The notes under the pieces were generated by a model that did no database searches, was not told the origin of the DNA, and saw only the letters and a list, made by a program, of their open reading frames with translations. A DNA stretch of 63,952 nt, the filler included, from Thraustochytrium aureum (taxonomy: Eukaryota): NCBI GenBank assembly GCA_012862495.1. It is 6 parts of 4 records of this genome, joined end to end, with 100 filler letters (N's around TTAATTAATTAA, not from the genome) between each part and the next. Parts side by side here need not be neighbours in the genome. Positions count along the whole stretch, not along the records: positions 1 to 18,879 come from BLSG01000399.1; 5 more parts are not named here. The stretch is one strand, 5' to 3'. Position numbers and translations under genes: made by a program. Positions 1 to 9,900 of the stretch are shown here, one piece after another (position 1 is the stretch's first letter; each line of letters begins with the position of its first letter).

Positions 1-1049
1 GTGCCCGAGAGCCGCCCTGCGGCCTTGAGGTTGGCAGCGTCCAAGAGGTGGACCTTGAGTGAGCCGGTCACCTTGCTGCGCTCCTCCTTCGAGAGCAGGC
101 CTACCGGCGAGCGCTCGATGACGGTGATGAGCGCCTGCACGTGGCCGGCGGGCTTGTCGTCGAGGGCGAGGTCAAACCAGCGGTTGGTCACCACCTGGCG
201 CGGTAGCGCTTCGACGTCAATGATGACCTCGCCCATGTGGTCGTCCTTGGAAAGGAGGTCGCGGTCCCAAACCTTGAGCTTCAGGGGCGGGATCTGGTCG
301 TCATTGTCGTCGATCGCAAATTCGAATCGCTGCTGCCACTTTGGCGCAATCGTGCTCTTGCAAACCTTCGACTTGTACTTGGTCTTGCCCATGCGGAGTG
401 TGACGTATGGATCACTGTAGCCCCCAAAGTCCATCGCAAGCAGATCGAGGCCCTGCACGAGCTCCACGATAACGGTGCGCGCAGTGGTGGACTTGACCTC
501 CCACGTCTTGCCTTTCAAGCTGGATTGGGCTTGCGCTGGTGTGACCACCGTGCGCTTGACAGTGAGTAACAGCGTGCCTGCGCCAGAGGTGGCCGCCTTT
601 TTGCCTTTCTTGGCTGGCGTCAGCTGCAGCTCGAACGCTTGGGTTTTCTCTGGTTGGAGCTCGTCGAGCTGGATCTCGGCGTGCCCGAGGGCCTCGCTGC
701 TCATCATGTCTTTATCGCGGACCTCGATCGATAGCGGCAGCTCGCAGTCTTCGGGAACAGCCAGGAAGAAGCTCTCCGCCCACGTCGGGTTGAGCGACTT
801 GTGCACCACGGCGCTCTTGTACTTTGCCAGCTTCCCGACGCGGAACACGACATATGGGTCGGAGAGTCCGTTCGAGTCGGCTGCTGGCAGGTCCTGTGCG
901 CGCTGCAGTTCCACCATCAGCCCTGCCACCGCGCCGCCGGCCCCGACATCCTCCTCTTCGTCCTGGACCGCAGCACTAGGACGCGGTCCTTCCACCGCAG
1001 CCTTGCTCGAGCGCTTGCGCAGCCCTTTGCCCGTGAGGCTCGGAGGCAT
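1..1049 (-). CDS. Multiple C2-domain protein (MCTP/extended synaptotagmin-like); 3' part runs off the window start
   Basis: Not in the ORF track because no stop lies in the window. Minus frame from ATG at 1049 (in-frame upstream stop at 1170-1172) reads MPPSLTG...MVELQRAQDLPAADSNGLSDPYVVFRVG..YKSAVVHKSLNPTWAESF..IEVRDKDMMSSEALG (C2 #1), VELVQGLDLLAMDFGGYSDPYVTLRMG..LKVWDRDLLSKDDHMG (C2 #2), and the start of C2 #3 (LKVHLLDAANLKAA). Confidence 0.9.
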   Translation of the reverse strand, partial: MPPSLTGKGLRKRSSKAAVEGPRPSAAVQDEEEDVGAGGAVAGLMVELQRAQDLPAADSNGLSDPYVVFRVGKLAKYKSAVVHKSLNPTWAESFFLAVPEDCELPLSIEVRDKDMMSSEALGHAEIQLDELQPEKTQAFELQLTPAKKGKKAATSGAGTLLLTVKRTVVTPAQAQSSLKGKTWEVKSTTARTVIVELVQGLDLLAMDFGGYSDPYVTLRMGKTKYKSKVCKSTIAPKWQQRFEFAIDDNDDQIPPLKLKVWDRDLLSKDDHMGEVIIDVEALPRQVVTNRWFDLALDDKPAGHVQALITVIERSPVGLLSKEERSKVTGSLKVHLLDAANLKAAGRLSG

Positions 1050-3287
1050 TCCTTCCCGCGACCTCCTTGCAGCTCTTCCCGCGCCAGTGGCCGCCGCCTG
1101 GGCGTGATCCTGGCCGTGGCCCTGGTCGCGATTCTGCCTCTGCCGCAGGCTGCGGCGCTGTCTGTGGAGCTATTGATTGATGAGCACGTGCGTTGGTTTG
1201 GTTGGAATCTGTGATGACAGATGTCGATCGTTGTCAGCAGCGCGTGACGTGATTCACGACGAAAACGTTTCCGAGTCCATCTGCGCCTGCCGTCATCCTC
1301 GCGTCCGCTCCTCGTTCGTGACATCATTGGAGTACGCCCACCTGCTGGCTCTCGAGAGTTGTGTTGTGGGTTGTGGCTGTGGGCGGGCGCGTGTGGAGGT
1401 GATGATGAGGTGTGCACCCTCGAGATACAACCAAACTTGACGAGAACACATGCACATGTGTTGCCAACAGGTGTGTGCGAGCTCCCGTGATTGCGGTAAC
1501 TTCAAGTTGATCTTTCNNNNNNNNNNNNNNNNNNNNNNNNNNNNNNNNNNNNNNNNNNNNNNNNNNNNNNNNNNNNNNNNNNNNNNNNNNNNNNNNNNNN
1601 NNNNNNNNNNNNNNNNNNNNNNNNNNNNNNNNNNNNNNNNNNNNNNNNNNNNNNNNNNNNNNNNNNNNNNNNNNNNNNNNNNNNNNNNNNNNNNNNNNNN
1701 NNNNNNNNNNNNNNNNNNNNNNNNNNNNNNNNNNNNNNNNNNNNNNNNNNNNNNNNNNNNNNNNNNNNNNNNNNNNNNNNNNNNNNNNNNNNNNNNNNNN
1801 NNNNNNNNNNNNNNNNNNNNNNNNNNNNNNNNNNNNNNNNNNNNNNNNNNNNNNNNNNNNNNNNNNNNNNNNNNNNNNNNNNNNNNNNNNNNNNNNNNNN
1901 NNNNNNNNNNNNNNNNNNNNNNNNNNNNNNNNNNNNNNNNNNNNNNNNNNNNNNNNNNNNNNNNNNNNNNNNNNNNNNNNNNNNNNNNNNNNNNNNNNNN
2001 NNNNNNNNNNNNNNNNNNNNNNNNNNNNNNNNNNNNNNNNNNNNNNNNNNNNNNNNNNNNNNNNNNNNNNNNNNNNNNNNNNNNNNNNNNNNNNNNNNNN
2101 NNNNNNNNNNNNNNNNNNNNNNNNNNNNNNNNNNNNNNNNNNNNNNNNNNNNNNNNNNNNNNNNNNNNNNNNNNNNNNNNNNNNNNNNNNNNNNNNNNNN
2201 NNNNNNNNNNNNNNNNNNNNNNNNNNNNNNNNNNNNNNNNNNNNNNNNNNNNNNNNNNNNNNNNNNNNNNNNNNNNNNNNNNNNNNNNNNNNNNNNNNNN
2301 NNNNNNNNNNNNNNNNNNNNNNNNNNNNNNNNNNNNNNNNNNNNNNNNNNNNNNNNNNNNNNNNNNNNNNNNNNNNNNNNNNNNNNNNNNNNNNNNNNNA
2401 GGCCCCAGCACACCGGGCGGTCAGGGCCGCGGTCGGCTGGGATGTGCCGGCCGGGCTTGCACGCCGAAGTGAATGGCACACCGGCAGCCATCCAATTGCG
2501 CATTCCGTCCCACTTCCTGGCGTTGTTTCATCATGGTCGCGGCCGCGCTCGTTGAGAGGCGGCGCCAGGCGGCTAACTGCGGTCGCAGCAGCGGACGCCA
2601 ACAAGAAAGCCAGGTGGCGGCTTGAGCTGCTCCTGGCGATTGCAGCCCGCCAGCCAGCCATTCTTCGGAGGAGTTGGCTGCTCACTTGAGACGTAATCGT
2701 CTTCAGCCTGACCCTGAACATGAAGAGCGCGCGGAAGCTCAGGCTGCGGCTTGGAGGAAGAGCGGGGGGCGAGTCAGTCGGCGGCCTACCCACCTACGCG
2801 TGCCACTGGTTGGCTTTTTCGTTTTCCTCCGAGTGGTCTTGGTGTGTTTTTCCTGCGCATGTTTTTTCGATTGATTTTGATTGATTTCAATTGATGAGAC
2901 TGATAGAATCTCTCTCTGGCCCCAGGCTGGCCTCGCGTGTCCGAGCAGGTCAGCTGCTCGCAGCGGTGGTGCTGAAAGCTGGACTCGTCAGAGGCGGGGT
3001 CGTTCGCCGCTGAGCAAGCACACACGCCGCACGTCGACATGAGCGTTTCCAACCATCCATTCAGATGTTCATCATCCAACACAGCCTGGCGCATGAGAGT
3101 GGGGGGGACGCATCTAGGGAGCAGCCCATCGACGGACATTTCACAAGAGGTGTCTTCTGCCTGCGCTCGCTTGCCTGCTCTTGTGTTTGTGTTGGCTTGG
3201 TGCAGCTCCGCACGAGCAGATCCCCTTCACCTGAGCGCAGTCACCAGTTGGCTGCACCACCCGAGTCGTGCCAGGAAAGCGAGCGAG

Positions 3288-4835
3288 ATGGAGGCCTTGG
3301 ACTGCACCACGTTCAACTCGTCCGACTTGCGCATCTTGTGCGAGCAGAATGAGATGCTCCGCGCAGCGCTCGTTGCGAGCAACCAAGACGTAGACATCTT
3401 TTACATCCTCTGGGCAGCGAGCCTCGTCTTCTTCATGCACTGCGGCTTCGCCATGCTCTCCGCCGGCGCCGTCCGCGTCAAGAACACCAAAAACATCCTA
3501 ATGTGCATCCTGCTGGACACGTGCATGTGCGCCATCGCCTGGTGGTTCCTTGGCTACGGGTTCGCGTACGGCGAGGATGCCGGCGGCTTCATCGGCACCT
3601 CCAACTTTGTCGGCATGTCGCTTGGCAGCGAACCGGGGGCGTACCAGGACTTCTTCTTCCAGTTCGCCTTTGCCGCCACCGCTGCCACTATCGTCTCCGG
3701 CGCTGTGGCTGAGCGCGCGTCCTTCGAGGCCTACCTCTCGTACAGCTTCTTCCTCTCCGTGTGGGTGTACCCCGTCATCGTGCACTGGATTTGGGGCGGC
3801 GGCTGGCTCACCAGCGGGCCCGACTCGCTCTTCGGCGTGGGCACCATCGACTTTGCGGGCTGCGGCCCGGTCCACATGATCGGGGGTGTCGCTGGCGCCA
3901 TCGGGTCCAAGCTCATCGGCCCGCGCATCGGTCGCTTCGACTCGGACGGCAACGCGCGCCCCATCCCGGGCCACTCCTCCCCGCTCGCGTTCCTCGGCAC
4001 CTTTATCCTCTGGCTGGGCTGGTTTGGCTTCAACAGTGGCTCTGCCCTCTCGATCATTGGGAGCGGCCTCGTCGCCGAGCGCGCTGCTGTCAACACGCTG
4101 CTGAGCTCGGCGACTGGCGGACTTGCCGCGCTCTTCTTCAGCACTGCCGTCAACCCTGGCCGCGAGTGGGACATCGGCGCTGCCATGAACGGTGTTCTTG
4201 CCGGGCTTGTCTCCATCACGGCTTGCTGCCCCGTTGTCGAGTCCTGGGCCGCGCTCGTGATCGGCATGATTGGTGGCGTCCAGTACATTCTCGCCTCGCG
4301 ATTCGTGCTCAACACGCTCAAGATCGACGACCCGCTCGACGCCACCCCGGTGCACATGTTTACGGGCATGTACGGCCTCATTGTGACGGCCTTCTTCGCC
4401 AAGACGGAGTTCGTTCGCGAGTTCAACACCGCCTTTGTGGAGGCAGGCGACCCGAAGGATTTCTCGGGCATCTTTTACGGCGGCAATGGCAGCCTTCTCG
4501 GCGCAAACCTCATCGAGATCCTCGTCGTCATTCTCTGGGTCGGCGCCTTCATCACGCCGTACTTTTACTTTCTCAAGGTCAAGGGATGGTTCCGGATCAG
4601 CGAGGAGGCCGAGCACGTCGGTCTCGACGAGTCTTCGCACGGAGGCACCGCCTACCCCGAGCTCTACAATGATCTCGAGAAGAGCTCCTCCCGCTTGTTG
4701 AAGGGCAGCTCCGAAGGCAAAGACAAGCACATCCAGCCTGTCGAGCATGATGAGGGAGTCAGCGAGAACGCGGCGGCAGGTGCCATGCCCGTCGCAGAGG
4801 TCGCTGGCAACGGCGTCAGTATGACGCCCGCCTAA
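3288..4835 (+). CDS. amt1: Ammonium transporter, AMT1 type
   Basis: Amt family motifs LVFFMHCGFAMLSAG, FFFQFAFAATAATIVSGAVAER, YPVIVHWIWG, IDFAGCGPVH, LWLGWFGFN, NGVLAGLVSITA, IDDPLDATPVH, GLDESSHG; both conserved pore His present. Start placed at ATG 3288 (MEALDC) within ORF 3039..4835. Confidence 0.96.
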   Translation: MEALDCTTFNSSDLRILCEQNEMLRAALVASNQDVDIFYILWAASLVFFMHCGFAMLSAGAVRVKNTKNILMCILLDTCMCAIAWWFLGYGFAYGEDAGGFIGTSNFVGMSLGSEPGAYQDFFFQFAFAATAATIVSGAVAERASFEAYLSYSFFLSVWVYPVIVHWIWGGGWLTSGPDSLFGVGTIDFAGCGPVHMIGGVAGAIGSKLIGPRIGRFDSDGNARPIPGHSSPLAFLGTFILWLGWFGFNSGSALSIIGSGLVAERAAVNTLLSSATGGLAALFFSTAVNPGREWDIGAAMNGVLAGLVSITACCPVVESWAALVIGMIGGVQYILASRFVLNTLKIDDPLDATPVHMFTGMYGLIVTAFFAKTEFVREFNTAFVEAGDPKDFSGIFYGGNGSLLGANLIEILVVILWVGAFITPYFYFLKVKGWFRISEEAEHVGLDESSHGGTAYPELYNDLEKSSSRLLKGSSEGKDKHIQPVEHDEGVSENAAAGAMPVAEVAGNGVSMTPA

Positions 4836-5398
4836 TCAATGATTTATTTGTGACGCGCGCTGACGAGGCTGCCCGGGCTCGCTGTGCCCGCGTCCTTGCA
4901 CGCTTGGCGCCAGATGGACCGCCCGCCCGGCGGAAATACATACTCCTACCAAAACGATTCGAAGCATTCGAAGCAGTCAGTGTCTTGTCGGCCAGTTTTC
5001 GGCTTGCAACTTGCAAGTGATCATGACGTATTACCCCGCTCGACTAGGTCTGTAGCCCAATGCGCTGGCGCCCTGATGACGACTGAACGAAGCGGCTCAC
5101 GCATCGCATCACAGCGCTGCGCCTCGAGGGAGGGCTCCAACGCAACTGAGTACCCAGAGTACGCAACTCAGGCTGATTTCTCGAAGGTAGAGTAGTAGGT
5201 CGTTGTACAACGAAGGCGAAGGTCGCGGTTGGACGGGCGGCGCGTGCGTCGACAAACTGCGCAAAAGATCCAACTTGGAAACCCAGAACGAACGCAGTGT
5301 GAGCTGACGTGGACGTGGAGTACTCGCTGTCATCGCCTGCGAGCGGAGCCTGGCTTTCGCCAGAGACTCCGCAGACCCCGATTACAAATCAGCCGAAA

Positions 5399-6460
5399 AT
5401 GGAAGCGCCGAGCGCCTCGAAGGAGGGCGCTGATGCGCGCACTGCAAAGCATGCCCACGTCACAGTGGCGCTAGACTGGACTCCCAACACCAATCACATC
5501 GGCATGTACGTTGCCAAAGCAAAGGGATGGTACGATGAAGCCGGGGTCCAGGTCGAGATCCTTCCGGCAACGGACCCCAGAGTCCTCGAGCACGGTACCC
5601 CCGCAAGGATGGTCGCCGCAGGAGCGGCGACGTTCGCTGTAGCTCCAACAGAGTCGCTGCTGAGCTTCGCAACCACGCGAGCTTGCACTGGCACCAAGCT
5701 CGTGGCGGTGGCAACTCTCCTGCAGAAATCAACCTCCTCCATCGCAGTTCGCGGCGAGGCCAAGCGTATCGCCGACCTACAAGGAAAACGATACGGCACG
5801 TACAGCGGCCGCTTCGAGGACGAAATAATTCGCACCATGGTGCGCGTAGACGGCGGGGATCCGTCCGCCGTGGCGTTTGTCCCTCTCGCGGACCACGGGT
5901 ACTCAGACGCTGGCATCGTCCAACACGGCTCGCTCACGAGGAGCCTCATGGCCACCGGTGAGATTGACTCAACCTGGATATTCTCCCACTGGGAGGGCGT
6001 GCGCGCGAAGCGGGACGGGTTCCAAATGACCGAGTTCCGCGTGTGCGAGCAACATGTCCCCTACCCGAACTCGCCGGCGCTCGTGGCTCGCGCCGAGGAC
6101 TTGGACAAGCCCGAAGCAGTCGGCGCAGCAAAGCGCTTCCTTGCCGCCACCGCGCGCGGGTACCAGTTCGCTGCAGAGCGCCCGCAGGACGCCGCGGCCT
6201 TGCTCGTGCAAGAGGCCAATCACCAGAGCTGCTCGGACAGCGATTTCGTTGCGGAGTCAGCCGAAGTAATTGCCGACTCTCTTCTCGCGGACGGCGTTTG
6301 GGGCGAGATGTGCCCGAGCAGGTGGGAGCGGTTCGTTGATTTTCTGTTCCACATTGACGCCGTCCACGACGACCGTAGTGGCGGGGCGAGGACCGCCCGT
6401 TGCGACGTGTCTGTGCCGGAGCTGTACACCAACCGACTCTTGCCTTCGCAGTCTCAGTAG
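5399..6460 (+). CDS. NMT1/THI5/SsuA-like periplasmic-binding-fold protein (ThiY-like thiamine-precursor binding)
   Basis: N-terminal signature VALDWTPNTNHIGMYVAKAKGWY, later DLQGKRYGTY and FLAATARGYQFA. First ATG at 5399. The CCCxC motif of fungal THI5 enzymes is absent. Confidence 0.85.
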   Translation: MEAPSASKEGADARTAKHAHVTVALDWTPNTNHIGMYVAKAKGWYDEAGVQVEILPATDPRVLEHGTPARMVAAGAATFAVAPTESLLSFATTRACTGTKLVAVATLLQKSTSSIAVRGEAKRIADLQGKRYGTYSGRFEDEIIRTMVRVDGGDPSAVAFVPLADHGYSDAGIVQHGSLTRSLMATGEIDSTWIFSHWEGVRAKRDGFQMTEFRVCEQHVPYPNSPALVARAEDLDKPEAVGAAKRFLAATARGYQFAAERPQDAAALLVQEANHQSCSDSDFVAESAEVIADSLLADGVWGEMCPSRWERFVDFLFHIDAVHDDRSGGARTARCDVSVPELYTNRLLPSQSQ

Positions 6461-6741
6461 GCAACGCGCAGCTGAGCGCGCGGCACAAAATCAAAGCTCG
6501 AGCTTGAGGCTGGTGTGGGGCTTCTTCGCAATGCTGAGCGAGACGGGAGACATGGCGCTGCCGAGCCGTGCCGGTACTAGTTTCGGCACCTCCATCAAAG
6601 TGGGGCGTCTCGCTTCGCCACGGAGTCGGCGCGCTGGAGAGCAGCCAGACCTGCCCCTTCAAGAACAAACCACGAGAGAAAGAAAAAGACAGAAAGAATC
6701 TCACGTTTGTCGCGGATAATGGCGAGCTGTGCCTCCAGCGC

Positions 6742-6935
6742 CTATCGCTTTGGACGGAGCCACGTCGTCTCGTCTCGAGCGGGGCAGTGCCAGTACAAGT
6801 AGTTGGTGGTCTCGTCCTCATATTGAAACCACGTATGCGGCGTCTCGGGCGGAGCCTCCCATGTCGTCTCGCCAGTCTCCGCGTTGTGATAGTAGAGGTT
6901 GCCAGTTTCTTCGTGGACAAACTGCTCCCAGATCT
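6742..6935 (-). other. Two WW domains at the true C-terminus of the giant gene (different frame from ORF 7031..10462)
   Basis: WEQFVHEETGNLYYHNAETGETTWEAP and WFQYEDETTNYLYWHCPARDETTWLRP. Confidence 0.88.
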
Positions 6936-9900
6936 GCGCCCGCTCGCCGCCCTCGTCGTCCGAACTGTCGCTGCTCACATAACCAGACGCCTTGCGATCC
7001 ACGCCAAAACCTGCTGCATGCTGGGTCATCTCATCTGCGCCCCCCCTCCCTGTCGCTGTCGCTCGAGTCGTCGGCGTCGGAGAGCGCGCCCGCCTCTGCC
7101 GCAAGCTCGGCGCGGTCAAGAAGCACACACGTCTCTTCGTCGTGGTTGTCGTAGCGCACGTCCATGACCTCGCACTCGATGTGCTCGACGATGGTGTTGG
7201 GCTTGCGGAACCCCCAGTTCTTCGTCCAGTCTCCGCACAGCGCAGTCCAGGGAAAGGGCTGGTCAATTTGCAACTGGTAGTCGTAGAGAATCGAGACCAC
7301 GGTTCGCTCCACAATCCCACCAGACTCTGCATCGGGAAGGCAGAGAACGTCCCCTTCGGACAACTCGCGCCCGAACGCGCAGGTGTCCTCATAGCCAAAG
7401 ACGTCCAGCGAGTCGTCGCAAAAGATAAGACCCGTCCCGGGCTGCGCAGGCGCATAGACGGGCTTGCGATAATCGTACGTTTGCAAGCATACTGCGAACC
7501 GTGCGCGCCCACTCGCGCCCTCGGGACGCACTGCGACTCGTTTGCCGACAAACTTTGCGTCCCGCGCAAGAGCGCGTGAATAAAGACGGTATTCCGCCTC
7601 AGCGCCCCGCACGAGCGCGCTGACAACATCGTCCACCTCAAGCGCAGGGCCACCCTCGATCTCAAAGATGATCCTGTCCAGTGCGTCGACGATCTGCGGC
7701 TCAGCGAGTCCAAACCCAGCGACGCGGTTCACAATGTCGCCGACCAGGTCTCGCACCGCAGGCGGGACGTAGTGCTTTTCCTCGGGCAGCATTTCGTAGC
7801 GCACTTGGTACTCGTGGTGAGAAACGACGAGCTCTTTCAGATCAAAGACCGTGTCCCACACCTCGACGTGGATGTTCTCAAGCATGTCGAGCATCCCGTT
7901 GATCGCAGCGCGGCACTGGTTGCGAATGTACTCATCTTCTCGCGAGAGCCACGGGTGAATGAGTTCCCCGTCCAGCTCTGGCTTGTCGGTAAACTTGTGG
8001 AGTAGCTGGCCTTGCGTGGACGCCTGAGCGGCCGTTTCGCTGAACAACTCGGCGCGTGCCAGATTGGTCTCTAGCTCGTGCAGCCGCTCCGACGTGATTT
8101 TCGAGTCAAGGCGCGCTTGCGCCGCCAACTTGACAGCATCGCGCAGCTTTAGGTCGGCCAGAGCAAGATTGGCATCCGCTTGGGCAACCTGGGCTTGGGC
8201 CACGCCCAAGTTGTGACGCACGGCGGCCAGCTGCTTGACCGTCTGTACAAGCCCCGAAGCGGCCTGGATGTACTGAAAGGCGGCGCGGAGAAGGTCAACC
8301 AGCGGCCCAGCCAGCGCGCACACTTGCGCAAGCTCAACGTTCGTTGAACGCAGCTCGGCGTGATACACCGCCTTGGAGACATCGCGCAGCATTGAAGCCT
8401 GCTCTGCGCGCTGATACACGTCCATGCGATCAACCTGGTCTAGCATCTTGACGCGATATGTGCGGTGCAGCGCAGACTTGTCCCCAAGCTCGGTGTTGGT
8501 AGTGCTGCTGTTGCAGAGCATCTCAACGTCGCGAGGCGTCACTTCTCGATTGTCCAGCTCAGGCAAGACAACCTTGGCCAACGCGTTCCACAAGGTGTCC
8601 CACAGCTTGGGCGTGTAGGTGGCCATTTTGCAGGCAAACCACTCAGAGTACTCGAAGCGCCGCAGCTGGTGTACGGCCCTTTTGAACGCGCGCTTCTTGC
8701 TCCGGCTCAAATCGTTCATGCGCCAATACTCCTTGATGGTGCGCTCCAGCTCAACGACTTGAGCCGCGAGGTTCGCTGCTTGGTCAGAGCTCGACCGCAG
8801 CTCCAACTTGGCTTGCTTGAGCTTCTCCTCGCCTTGGACGACGGCGACTTCCGCGGCAAGCGCTGCGGCAAGGTGCCGCTCCAGCTCGGGCTTGATCTCG
8901 GCGATCATGTCCTGCGCTTTGGCAATCACCTTGACCCCGGCCAACGGGCCCGCGCGACGCAGAATACCATCCACGTGCTGCTCGACTCGCCGATCGTCCG
9001 GGTCCACACCGGGCGGTAGCTCGGGGAGCATTTGCGCCACAATCGTTGCAAATGCACCCTTGTAGTCGATATAGTATTGGAACCGCGAGCAAAACTCGTC
9101 GGTGCTCCCCTTGTTGGTGCTGACGCCGATCCAGTGAGAGTGCTTGTCTCTTCTCCAGACCCCGTGCTGCTCAACGCGAAAGCGGGTCCCCGCCTTGACA
9201 AACGTCCCTTGGCCGTCCATCAGGTCGTCTACGAAAGGTACCTTGTACTCGTCTCCGCCGGAGTTTACGAACGTCGCGGTCTCGCCTGGCGCCGTGTGCC
9301 GCTTCCCATGCACAAATCCGCCCACGTAAACTGCGCCGTCCGCAAACTGAAGCCTGCCCTTGCCGTGGTACTTGCCGCGGCAGAGCTGGCCTTCGTAGAG
9401 GTCCCCGCTTGAGCGCTTCAGGCGGCCGCTACCATGAAACTGGCCGTCCTCGTACTCGCCCTCGTACCGCGCGCCCCCCGGAAACGTCTGGCGGCCGCGA
9501 CCGTGCGGCATGCCGTACCTAAAGTGCCCCATGTACACAGTGCGCGACTCACTCCACATGTAGCACCCTCGCCCGTGTGGCAAGTTTTTGCTAAACTCGC
9601 CCTTGTACTCGTCCCCACTGGCGTACACCATGCGGCCCGACCCTTCCCGCACGGAATTCACCATGTCTCCAAAGTAGGTCTCGCCGTTGGGCCAAGTGAC
9701 ACGGACCAAGCCGCTCACTTGAGCTGGGACCAAGTGGTTTGTGATACTTGGGCCCTCGTAGGTGATCCTTTGCGCCGTCGTAAAGATGCCAAAGTGTTCC
9801 GGCGGCTTGTCTTGGCGCGAGCCCGGCGAGGCGCGGCTCAGCACGCTGGCTCGCCGCTGCTCCGAGTGGGACTCGTCCTTCACGTCCAGCCTATCGAGCA

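Noticed and set aside
1293..2793. Long ORFs spanning the first N gap (likewise 35176-36049 and 39862-40557)
   Set aside because: They are open only because N codons contain no stops; the flanks show no recognisable protein.
3498..4748. Long antisense ORFs over AMT (also 30331..32310, 23706..25004, 17307..18275 and others)
   Set aside because: Shadow ORFs expected from high GC at third codon positions; no motifs of their own.
3288..6460. AMT + THI5-like pair as a bacterial operon or contaminant
   Set aside because: The AMT is eukaryotic AMT1 type, the genes are 560 bp apart, and the sequence is contiguous with a MORN/WW gene.
6461..6741. TPP riboswitch in the 3' UTR of the THI5-like gene, as in some algae
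   Set aside because: Only isolated CTGAG words; the other conserved aptamer elements are not visible in order.
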